Below, piece by piece: positions 48,829 to 60,365 of a DNA stretch of 64,000 nt (position 1 is its first letter; the number at the start of each line of letters is the position of its first letter). The position numbers and the translations under genes were made by a program. This DNA comes from Nemertoderma westbladi (Eukaryota > Animalia > Xenacoelomorpha), in contig JAUCBJ010004780.1 of assembly GCA_032718475.1 (NCBI GenBank), positions 1-64,000 on the forward strand, in the 5' to 3' direction. The notes under the pieces are model-generated. The model was not told the origin of the DNA and made no database searches. It saw only the letters and a list, made by a program, of their open reading frames with translations.

Positions 48829-50943
48829 CATGGCCTACTATATATCTGTATATACGGCCTAACAGGTTGTCGATTTGGCCTAGAAAAAAGAGGCCATTGC
48901 GTTCTTCGGGTCCGACGAATTTGTACAAAAAAGTACAAAAAAATACAAAATAGTACAAAGGTATACAAAAGAGTACAATAAAGTGCAAAAATAGTACAAA
49001 AGAGTGCAAAAATAGTACAAAAGTGTACAAACGGGTGAGAAACGCTTGCAAAACGTGTATCCAAGTGTAGTTCAAATCGTTTAGAGGAGCGCACACGATG
49101 TGCAAAATAAAACAAAGCATTGTCTGATTGTGGGGCGAGCCATGCATTGAGTGGGGGCTGATCTAGCTATCTAGCAGTCAGAGAGTAGGCCCCTATTACA
49201 GTATCACAATACAATCTTATGAGTTTTAATGCAGCCTTTTGTGTTCAAAAAACACAAAAAACGGTCCCAAGCTCGCAAAATTGCAGAGGGAGAACTCAAT
49301 AAAGTTGCAGATAGAGGCGTACATACAGACATACATAGCCTACATAATGTAGCATACACAGTCTATCCTTCAGTATATGGGCTACTTTAAGACTATGACC
49401 TAAATTTTGAGTCTCAGTTATAGGAGTTTTATCTACCCACCAGCCCACTGCATAGTATTGCATTATATTGTATTACATATTATACGAACTGTAGCCTATT
49501 TCTACTTGTAAGCCAGTCAAAATCTACATGAATCAAAGTTCTGTCAATCATTTTGTAGTGACAGACTGACCACAGAACCAAGGCCGCTAGTGATTTGACA
49601 CTGACACTGTTTTTTTTTTGTACTCTTTTGTACTATTTTTGCATTCTTTTGTACTATTTTTGCACTTCATTGTACTCTTTTGTACTATATTGTATTATTT
49701 TGTACTTTTTTGTACAGATTCGTCGGACCGCGTTTCTTCCGTATAGCATCGTTTGAATGGAATTATTGTAAGCCTACTGCCTTGGGGTAAAAAACGTTGC
49801 AGAATTAGTTTTTTACAACGAAAACACAATTAACCTCAGGGCTAGACTGTATTTTTACTATGTTACTCTTTATTTACAGTAGGCAATCTATGGATGTCTA
49901 AAATGGCTGAGTCACATAGTGTGCGAAAATAATCAACATAAGTGAACTTCTATTTTCAGATATTACCCACCCAGAGAAGTTATTTGCCCGCTTTTTAATA
50001 GTGGAATAGTTACGCGACAAAATCTGAAAATAACTGCTGGTTGGGTAATAAGAACTGACACAGACAGACAGATTAGGATACAGCTATCTGTATTAGAATA
50101 CAGATAGCTGGATAGGGGGGGGGGGGGGGGGGGGACTGGACGCAATAAATTAATTTGCCAAGGCGGGTTTTGCGTCGAGTTCCCCCCCCCCCCCCCCCCC
50201 TGTCTCTATATTTTCCAGTTTTATAGCAAATTATATAAACAATAAGCACCCAGTCTGCCAGTTACTAGTTTGACTCTTTGACAGTTTGAGACAATAAAAA
50301 ACAAAATAAAAATAAAACCGTGACATCATGCATGAACCACCCCTAACTAATATCTATTATCTAGTATTCAATACGCAATTATTTAACTCTATTACAGCAA
50401 CTTTGACCGCTGTCATTGTTTAAATCCTGTTATCCCTGTATCCTGTCAGCCTGTTTTGCACCCACACCCAACTATGCAACACTTATTCACCATACTGCCA
50501 TAGTTCAATACAGCAATAAGGGCCTATTTATGGGTTATAATCTCTGTATCTACAGATCTATATGCCAGTTTTAAATATGGTTGAGCGTTGAAGCTGCCGG
50601 TCACTACAGCACTACTGGCCTAGGCGCTGCGCTAGGCCTACTTTAAAGTGTAGACTACGACTACGCTACCAGCTGACAAGGCCTGAAGGCTGCAAGGCTA
50701 CAGTTTGACGCATCGCCCACGGGTACTCCTGTACTCTGCCGCAGCTCTGTTGAGTCTGTTCTGCGGTACTGCAATGCTCTATTCTATGCTCTACAACAAA
50801 CTGCAAAATCAATACCACCAGACCACTGGACCAGTACTGCTATCAGTACTGCTGTACTGTGCAACTGTAGAAAACTGGCCTCTTTTTTCTAGGCCATATC
50901 GACAACCTGTTAGGCCGTATATATAGTAGCTTAGTAGGCCATG
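48829..50943. mobile_element. Non-autonomous P-superfamily-like element upstream of syntaxin
   Basis: ~70-bp TIRs beginning CATGGCCTACTA and including TATACGGCCTAACAGGTTGTCGAT.TGGCCTAGAAAAAAGAGGCCA; 7-bp TSD GCACAAC/GTACAAC (one mismatch). Confidence 0.75.
48908..49730. mobile_element. MULE-like MITE nested in the P-like element
   Basis: TIRs GGTCCGACGAAT.TGTACAAAAAAGTACAAAA with inverted AGTACAAAA subterminal repeats; imperfect ~9-bp flanking duplication CGTT(T)CTTC. Confidence 0.7.
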
Positions 50944-51379
50944 GTACAACACGTACAGTACAGTACACTTCCCGACTACGGCAGTACGGTAGCCTTCTGG
51001 TAGGCCTACCGGTAGGTCGTATGTCTGTATGTCAGTATGTACTTCGTATGTAAATGTTAAACTGGAATATGGCTCTTGGCTGCAATAACAGAATAATGGC
51101 TGAATGGGTCTACCCGATCAGTTGCCATCTTCCTTCACGGGTTTCGCCGTATCCGTATCCGTTCGCGGTACATGGTTGTTGGATGCGGACGACCAATCTA
51201 AACATTCTTTATAATTTAAAAAAAATTGGATAAGCCGTTCTGTTCTTGAGTGATCATCAAAGATATGTCAGACATCGGATATCTACAGTACCTATCTTCT
51301 TGACGCCGCCTAGAAAACTAACTCAGCAGCCAACCGTGATTTATTTTTGAACTGTTTTTTTTTTTCCACCAACCTACAG

Positions 51380-51751
51380 TATAATGATAATTATTATTAT
51401 GAAATAATCATAATAATTATTATGAAATGATGATAATAATTATTATTAAAAAATGATAATAATTATTATGAAAAAATAATGATAATAATTATTATGAAAT
51501 ATAATGGTAATAATTATTATAAAATAATGATAATAATTATTATGAAATGATGATAATAATTATTATAAAATAATGATAATAATTATTATGAAATGATGAT
51601 AATAATTATTATGAAATATAATGATAATTATTATGAAATAATGATAAAATTATTATGAAATACTGATAATAATTATTATGAAATTATGATAATAATTATT
51701 ATGAAATATAATGATAAAAATTATTATAAAATAATGATAATAATTATTATA
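51380..51751. repeat. AT-rich ~20-23-bp minisatellite (ATAATGATAATAATTATTATGAA)
   Basis: Directly visible. Confidence 0.9.
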
Positions 51752-52369
51752 CTGTTCGGTGATGGCTGAAAGTTGAATTGCCCAGTCTAGTACTGTATAA
51801 CACGTAGTGGGGCCTTCGCGCATCACGTGACTTGAACTTATGTTAAGTGTTAACTCGAAAGAAAGATTTGCAAAATGTAAACATGTCTCCTAGTCTCAAT
51901 AACACATAGAGGCCGACTGGGTAATTGCAATCGATTTAAGACTTCACAAAAACTCAATCTGAGGTCTAGATTATATATAAATGTAATAAGAGGTCTAGAA
52001 TATATGTAAATGTAAAAGTAAAAAAGCAGGCCTACATTTTCATCGACTATTAGGCCAGGGATTACGCACAAAGTCTGGCGACTTATTTCCAGTGCGGTCC
52101 CCCAGAACTATACTCCTCAGAGTAAACTTCAGTGCTCATTTAAGGATGCAAGGCAGATATGCGCCCTGGCTGGTCCCTTTAAAGCATTCGTACCGAAACG
52201 AAAACTGCCCTGGCCCATGCGTGGATTGTACCCACGACCTACTAGAGATGTGAATTCCATGCAACCACTACACCAAGGCGTGACCTATGTGCCAGGTATC
52301 AGGAAAAGCATTATAAACAATAATACGAAAGGGCTGACGTTTTAATTTCACACATATCTAAAATGTTTA

Positions 52370-53178
52370 ATTTCAGCCCACTAGCGGTAGACTGGAGAAC
52401 TGCCGAGAGAATACCATCCCAACAAAGATGCTACCTATGTATGGTCTACGGTCTAGCATGTCTGCCAAGTATCAGCTTGAATGGATAAAATAGAACCAAA
52501 TGAGAGAAAGTTTTTACTTTCAGACATTTCAACCTCTAGCGGCAAACTGGAGAACTGAGAACCGATCAAATTCTTCACACAGACGAACCATGTGGTCTGG
52601 TACATATTTTAACGGTTAACTGGACGGTTAATACTTTCATACATTTCGCCCTCTAGCGACATACTGGAAAACTGCAGACTGACCGATTACAGAGACCACA
52701 AAGATACAGGATGTGTTCTAGCACATATGACAACTTTCAGCTTGTATGGATCATAAATAACGGAATGGGTCAATAATTTCACTTTCAGGCATTTCGCTCT
52801 CTAGCGGAAGACAAGAGAACCATAGACTGGTTAGCCCCCTTTGAATGCCACAGCTAATGGTCTAGTACGTATCTGCCAAGTTTCAGCTTGTACGGATTAA
52901 AAGCAAAGAAATTGGAGGACATTTAATGTTTAGACATGTTGGAGACTGATGAACTGGGTTTCTTAAAGTTTTTAAAAAATCTCACCTTTTGGTCCTGTAA
53001 TAATGCCAACAAATTTTCAACACGACACGGCTTTAAATCCGACAAAGTTATTAGCATGTCAAATCGTAACGAAAACTACGTCGCGGAGTCAACAACTATT
53101 TGCCATTATTGTCCCACCCCTAACCCTAAAATTGTCAGTTCACTAAGGCTCCGGCAACGTCGTGGCTCACCCCACAAA
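52370..53178 (+). mobile_element. Helentron/DINE-like element with degenerate ~150-bp internal repeats
   Basis: CTAGCG..ACTGGAGAACTG-like units at ~52377, 52533, 52649 and 52797; the 3' hairpin ends GGCTCACCCCACAA, like 13660-13680. Confidence 0.5.
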
Positions 53179-53761
53179 GCGCGAGCTGTATAATCTTAGC
53201 ACAGTACAGCCGGTTCACTGTATTATTTACCTGTACTGTACGTACAGGTCTATAAACATGGATAAATAGGCCAGGTACAGTACCGTGAGATTTAGCCATA
53301 GTGCAGTAGTGCTGCAGTGCACTGACTACTGCTTCCTGAATACGGGCAAATACGTCCCACATACGGTAGCCTACGGTAGGCTACGGGAACTATTTCAAAT
53401 ACGTACACATACGGCAAAAAGACAGACCTACAGATAAAGCTGTAAAGAGCTGTACCGTACAAGAGCTGTATTTGCTGATTGATGGCCCAGTGCTGCAGTG
53501 CAGCAGTGTGCAGTGGGTTATAACCAGGACTGAACTGACCAGCGTCAGTAGGCCTAATCTAATACGTAGCAAGCAACGTACAGACGTCAGACGTAGGCCA
53601 GTCTGCCAGTACTGCAGTATGCTATACCTGTAATACTGTTACTGTACCGTACCAGCCTGCCAGCGTACTATATCTGTATATCTGATATCCTGATATCAGA
53701 AGCGTTTGGCCTACCGGTACCGTTATAGGCTGATAGTGCTATATGTTCGATATTCTAAAAA

Positions 53762-56608
53762 ATGGCAACTTTATCATCGAAGGAGCGAAATATGAGATAT
53801 TTCGATAAGCTGAAAAGGGAGGGACGTATGGATGACTATCGTAGAAAATCTAACACTAATAAAAGGTTGCAGAGGAGCAGAAGAAAGGAGACAATGTCAG
53901 AAGCAGAGTTGAAAAGGGAAAGAGTTAATAATAGGTTGCGTCGACGTATGTACAGGGACCGAAAACGTGATAAAGAGATCCAACGGCCATCAGCGCAAAA
54001 CGCCAGGTGAGACATTAATATATATTATATTTTTAATCTGGAATGATATATCTGTATATGTTACGTTATATTTTTTAAACCAATGTATAACACAATCCTA
54101 GGTAATAACCGGACTGGGGGCCCTCCAGTCCAAAACAATAAACAGTCACTTTACAAAATGAAGGGAAGGAGCAGGTTACAGAGGCGGGCCTTTCTAACCA
54201 AAACAATAAACGGTCACTTTACCATATCAGGGAAAGGAGCAGGTTACAGAGGCGGGATTTCTAACCAAAACAGCCGGCATGACCGGTCAGTTAGGTCAGA
54301 GTAAACAACACACAGCACAGCAGAATAGGTGGAGGGCCCTGAATCCGGATTGTACCCAATCCTATATTGGGCCTACAAAGATATCTCTCTACAGCTTTAT
54401 AACTTTTACAGTTCTGCAGTTCATTTGCAAAACTTAATGCTACCAGTATATGCAATAATTATTTTAGCAAGAGCATTACTTATTACTATCCTAATTGTTA
54501 TATATAAACATCAGGCTTAGAGGTATGTATGATTCATGTAGGATGTGTATACATAAACATAACATTTATGTATTACCGGTACGCAATACATCCATTACAA
54601 TCTAACTTACTTATCCCAGATTAGTACAGCAAACAAATTAATAAACACACGGACTAAAAATATAAAAATACCTAAAACAATAAACAAATATGGCCACAAT
54701 TATTTTCTAATCTCAACAGCTAAACTGTGGAATAAACTACTGAACTACCGAGACAAATACGAGAAAATCTTTCAGAAAAAAAAATTTCTTTCTAAACTCA
54801 AAGAACATTACACCACTCAATTCGAAAGATCTGCAATAACATAAAAAAGGAAATAAATACAAGATTAAAAACAAATGAGATTCCGTTTACAAAACCACAC
54901 AACAAAATAAAGTATAATAGTAACAATAATGGAAATAATGGATGCTTTGTATTCAACATAAATATATGTGTGTTTGTATGTCCATGATTCTTCATATGGG
55001 TGTGTGTTCATTTTTTTGGAGGGGAGGGGGGGGGGGGGTATTTTTATTTTATTTTATTTTTTGCGTGGAGAATATCTATATCGATTGTGTGTCTAATCCT
55101 GGTCCCTGTGCAAATATATAAATTATAATTATTGATATATTTTAATATGTAGGCTAAGTTACATATAGTACAGGTACCTGTACGTACAGTACATAGTGGT
55201 ACACCTAGTGCACACGGGTACTGACTATTGGTTTTATTAATTATCAGTTGGTGCTACCGTAGCATTTTAACTGCCTTCAGCCAGTTCTCTGGCTGAAGTT
55301 CTAAACCAATTATACAAAAAAATGAAAAATGAATGAATGAAAACCTTGACTGCAATTGATTGTGTAGCTTTGGTGTCCATCTATTGTACTGGTACTGTTT
55401 CTACAGCTACTACAACTTCTACTCTACTGAACGCCGCCATTCAGGATCTGTAAACCGGGACAGTACAGCACATAATGACATCAGCAGTGGCGGCTGGCGC
55501 CCTCAACCATATTTACACTAATGTAACCCTGGTGCCTGGTTGGCTAGCCTAAATCATAAATCTAATAAATTTAGCGGAAATCTTCACATTACCACAACGT
55601 ACCTATCCGATATCCCGTGCAATGTCAATAACTAATTATTACGACAACCTGCTGACCTGTTTTTATTGTAACCGTAGAGCAGAGCCGACTTATAAAATTA
55701 TAAATAAAACAACATGACGATACGATGATCGATGATTCTCAACAACTTCATAATTTCATTATTTTCCCGAAGCTACAGTTCTCGCAATTGGTTCACCATC
55801 AAGCTTTTCATAATATAATAAGGTAATAATAATACCTTTGATTAACTTGAATGAGTCGGGAGTGCCCATAATAAATTATAAATCATTATATACCGGTACA
55901 TCTTTAATTTTGTTATTTTTCAGGTTCAATATTGAAAATTCCATTCCACTGGAATTTGATTCAACGCGGAGTGAAGAAGATGAAACAGTCTGTAATATTT
56001 GCAATAAATCATTTAAAAGCAGAATCACCGTAAAGATTCACAGGAGACTAGAACACGTGTATAAATGTGACAACTGTATCTTACGGTTTGTTACCCATTC
56101 CAGTTTCCAGAGACATAAATGCGATAATGCGAATTGTAACAAATCATCAGCAACTTCCTCCAAGAACCGACAACCAAATCCTAATCGATCCCCCCAAACC
56201 CCCGTGGAAAGAACTATACATGTAAATACCGGTAAAGTAAATCAAATAACTTCTCGGAAGTTAGTTACTGTTATGGTACATCTCAACCACAAATGCGATA
56301 TGTGTTCTTCGACTTACAAATCGCCGGCTTTGCTCAAGGATCACATTGTATCTGTCCATGGTAACGACTCTAGCAATGGTAATTATTCGCAATCACCCAA
56401 ATGCGAACCTTCGTCTAAAAATAATTCTAATATTACCTGCAATACTTGCAATAAATCGTTTGCAGATCTGCTTGTCTTAGAACGACACATGATTGAACAC
56501 GAGAGTTACCTGTGCAGTGAATGCGGTATGCTATTTGCTACTAAAGGCAGCCATTCTCGGCATTATCGTAAGTGTTGCCGTTTAGGGGAAAACGATACAA
56601 CTCAGTAA
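53762..56608 (+). CDS. C2H2 zinc-finger protein with a basic helical N-terminal exon (~309 aa, two exons)
   Basis: Exon 53762-54006 ends AG|GTGAGA (phase 2); exon 55924-56608 follows TTTTTCAG in matching phase. It contains about five C2H2/C2HC fingers. GTAAGT overlaps the stop codon, so a further exon is possible. Confidence 0.8.
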
Positions 56609-57087
56609 GTTGGTAACATCGCAGTTCGATATCATCATTTTTCTGACAAAATAATAAACAATTTGCTATAGAGTATGTCAACTCAATAGGATTATTATGA
56701 CCATAGTTAGTAGGCCTATACGGTATAAACTATATAGGGAAGTTTTATTGCGATATTATTTTAGTTGTTTATGAAGCTTTTATTGAATTTATTGTATCAC
56801 TACTTTAATTAATTAATTTGGAAAACAATTTATATTGATGTAATTATGTTTAAAACCAAAAATAGCGATTTGGAGCTGAATAAATAATAAATGTTGTGCA
56901 ATCAAACTGGAATTTACCAGTTACCAAACATTCAATAGACTTTTACCTCGACGTCTGTAAACCCTTTTATTGAATCAATTTAATTAATGGTCTAAATGTA
57001 TAGTAAATACTCGTTCTATAATTTACTTTCTTTTAATTTATTCAATTTTCGTGAAGATGGATAATAAATACAATTAATTATTAAGAC

Positions 57088-57180
57088 GGGGTACCGGTAT
57101 CTCAGTGGGTTGAGCGCCGGATCTGCAATCTATTGGTTGAAGGTTCGAGCCCCGCCACGGTCCACTCAGCCGTTCATCAC
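57088..57180 (+). mobile_element. tRNA-derived SINE remnant
   Basis: A-box-like TATCTCAGTGG, B-box GGTTCGAGCCC, then GTCCACTCAGCCGTTCATC resembling a Nin/Deu-type SINE core. Confidence 0.55.
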
Positions 57181-57749
57181 CTGGGCTTACACACATAGCG
57201 ATTATAATATCAATATGATATGGTTTTCAAATCGAATTCGGGATTATTTTCGTTAATAATTTTGATATTAATTTAATATTATTTTATTACGCACAATCTG
57301 TTACCAACTAATTTTTTTTATTAAAGTTGGAATTCTCGATCCACTACATATTCGATTATGTAATTTTAACATATATTTTTATTGAGTTTTTTCCGAAAGT
57401 CGAAAGGTTTTTTTCACTCCTATAAAGAGGAGGACAGAACTAATATATTTACTTTGACTCTTGATTGGTTAGCGATGCCTTATGGCTGGCAGATAGGCGA
57501 CTTTGGACGTAATAAAAATCCATCCCTCTCCAGAGGAAAATCGACAAGGATAACAGCTGATTTCTGCCAAAAATCAAGGTGTAACCTGTTCTATTAATTT
57601 TCTTTTAGTGTTTTGGTTAGAAGAACGTGCCACTGTAACCTGCTAATTTCCCCTAATTGATAATTAAACATTGAGGCGATATCGGTTTTGCGTCCACCAC
57701 CCTCACTCTGTTCTCCCCAATACACCATAACAATGAAAAGTTTTAGAAA

Positions 57750-58358
57750 TTAGTTGTCTTTATGAATATCGTCTAATGTTAAAGAGTCGAACTTCTTATA
57801 AAACTGAATGGCGTCTGTCAGTCCGAGTCCTTTTAAATCCCCGGCCTCGGGTATGCGACAAAGTTCAGTGAACCCGAACTTCCTCCACATGTGAATGGAC
57901 GCCGAATTATTAACGAAAACGAGATTAAAGAACGCCGCTTGGTACCCCAAACCCGGGGCGATGCGTAGAAACTCCTTCCCCATGAACGAACCCAATCCTT
58001 CTCCTCTCGCCTCCTGTCCAACAACGAAACCCGCGTTACAAATGTGGGAACATCGACCTGGGAAGTTCGGTTTTACGTAGAATGCGCCGACAATGGAACC
58101 ATCCGTGGAATCCTTTAGAACAAAAACGTCGTGGGAAAGATAGTAGGCCTTAAAGTCATTAACGTCCGATAGATCGATCTGTGGGTACGATGTACCTTCC
58201 TGGATCACGTTTGCTACTAAGATATGGAGTTGGTTCGTGTCAGTATCAGCTTCGTAGTGATCTAACGTTACTCTCCTGCCGGTCTTTGATACCCAACTAA
58301 TTGGGAGGAATGATAATCGAGTTGTATTGCTGTTACGTGGTGGTATGTAGTACGCCAT
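57750..58358 (-). CDS. GNAT acetyltransferase, Mpr1 (L-azetidine-2-carboxylate acetyltransferase)-like, 202 aa, intronless
   Basis: The first ATG gives MAYYIPP; EGTSYPQ, GAFYVKPNFPGRCSHICNAGFVV, RGEGLG and GYQAAFFNLVFVNN.AS..W.K.GF match fungal Mpr1/Spt10-type GNAT motifs. Confidence 0.9.
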   Translation of the reverse strand: MAYYIPPRNSNTTRLSFLPISWVSKTGRRVTLDHYEADTDTNQLHILVANVIQEGTSYPQIDLSDVNDFKAYYLSHDVFVLKDSTDGSIVGAFYVKPNFPGRCSHICNAGFVVGQEARGEGLGSFMGKEFLRIAPGLGYQAAFFNLVFVNNSASIHMWRKFGFTELCRIPEAGDLKGLGLTDAIQFYKKFDSLTLDDIHKDN

Positions 58359-58624
58359 TTTACTTAGAAGTATCAAATAAAAATGTAAATTTATCTACTG
58401 TTATATTGAAACAATAATAATTATATTATAATCTAATGTTTTAATAAAATCAAACGAAAAATATATGAGCGAATTGTAAAATCTAATTGTTATTTTAATG
58501 TATTTACATTAATCCTCCGAACCGAACTATCAATCAGTGTTTTAATTTTTGCTTCAAACCTCAGATTAATCCAGTCCTGGGCCTACTGATCTGTAAAAAA
58601 AACTAAAATAACTCTACTCACGAC

Positions 58625-58881
58625 GGTTCGTTGGGTGAATTCTTAGCCCTCGAGTATTCATAGCCCGCGAGTATTCATAGCCCTCGAGTATTCATAGCCC
58701 GCGGGTATACATAGCCCGCGAATATTACCGGTATTAGCCCGCGAGTTAGTAAAGGAGCAGGTTAGTAAAGGAGCAGGTTTCGGAGGCGTATCGGGGGAAC
58801 CAAAACAATAAACGTTATTGTTTTGCGGGCTAAGAATACCCACGGGCTAAGAATACTCGCGGGCTAAGAATTCCTGAGACC
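58625..58881. mobile_element. MITE with inverted 18-bp subterminal repeats (Merlin- or MULE-like)
   Basis: GG..CC ends; TAGCCC(G/T)CGAGTATTCA units inverted at the two ends; 8-bp TSD CTCACGAC (58617-58624, 58882-58889). Confidence 0.8.
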
Positions 58882-59177
58882 CTCACGACCTTAGCTGGTA
58901 TAAACCTACAAACGAAATCCTGATATCTATAAATGGATCACAAAACACTGAAGTACAACAGACGATGTTAATTTGAATTTCCCTCCAATTTCACACCTTT
59001 AAGTTTTTTTTATAAGTTTACAAAGCAATTAACTCTGTAGCTACCTGGGCCGATTCATGGCAGCTTTCAATTACAATGGAAAAAATGCGAAGTACTTCAC
59101 ATAGGAAATTGTAATAACAATACTGATTTTCCGATGCTTCAAAACGAAAACGCTGAGTGATTTATTTACAGCGTATA

Positions 59178-59280
59178 AATCATACTTGCAGCATATGGGA
59201 ATCCTGAGGAAATTATTGCAGCTTTCAGATCATTGTACGATGGTTGCGGCACAATTGTGTCTAATGCTGATGGGGACACA
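59178..59280 (+). mobile_element. RTE RT fragment
   Basis: ILAAYGNPEEIIAAFRSLYDG..NADGDT matches 62090-62200 (-). Confidence 0.75.
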
Positions 59281-60215
59281 TTGTTGCTGCAGGTATAAAT
59301 CCTGCCTTTAAAATTACTTATTTTACCAATTTACCCAAAATACTGTATATTTAGTGATAAAGGACCAGTTACGGTATCATATTGATTTGTTTCTTACAAA
59401 TTATTCTTTAGTAAAGGTTCTTACGCCATCTAGTGCTATTACACCTATATTCGATCTAATTTCTACTGTAAAGGCCTACTAAACCTCAAATGGAATACGT
59501 GATGCTTATTATATCATATTATATATATATATATAATATATATTATATATATTATATTATAGCTATATATATTATAGCGTATTATATATACGTGATACGC
59601 TCGGGAAATAAAATAACTCGAGTATAGTGGAAAAGTTGTAACTTTTATTTTCCTAAGTACTAAATACTTAATTATACTAATAAAATGTATTTAATGTGAA
59701 CAATACCGTCTGTGGGTAATGGATACATGACTTGTCCACCAAAAATACTATTCAATTAATTCAGCCAATTTAGTTATATATCCAATTTGAAGTTTATGCA
59801 ATGTGTTACCCCTAGCGGCCAATATAGGAAAATATAGAAATTTTAGAAAGTAAACCATTTAAATAAGTTTGACATCAATTTTTACTAACAAATTCGGGTG
59901 ATTTTTGATGATCGAATCTTACGGCGATTGGATGAATTAAGCCTAGAGCTATACAACACACATGACACAGTTAATGTTTTACCTTGGAGCTTGGGTGTTA
60001 TTATTCCCTTGGGCAAAATAACACCTATGCAATTAATGAATTAAAGTGAAACACACCGAACATTTTCCAATTCCCTTGGGAAAAATAAATATAAACACCC
60101 CCAAAACTTTCCAAGCCCCATTTTGTAAACTCTTCCCCCAAACAATGCCCTTTTAGAATCTGTAAATAGTTGTTAAGGGACAAAAATAATCGAAATGCAT
60201 ACCATAATATGTGTA

Positions 60216-60365
60216 ACAACTTACTTATTCCCCAGAAGTTAGTTATTTTCCCAGTTATTTAACCCTTGGGCAGGAACACCCCCGGGCTTCGCCCTCGGGT
60301 TGTTTCCTGCCCCCGGGTTAACTAACTGGGAAAATAACTAACTTCTGGGGAATAAGCATAGTTGT
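60216..60365. repeat. 150-bp near-perfect hairpin, possibly the end of a Crypton-like non-autonomous element
   Basis: Arms CTTATTCCCCAGAAGTTAGTTATTTTCCCAGTTA..GGGCAGGAA centred on GGGC-TTC-GCCC. Confidence 0.8.
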
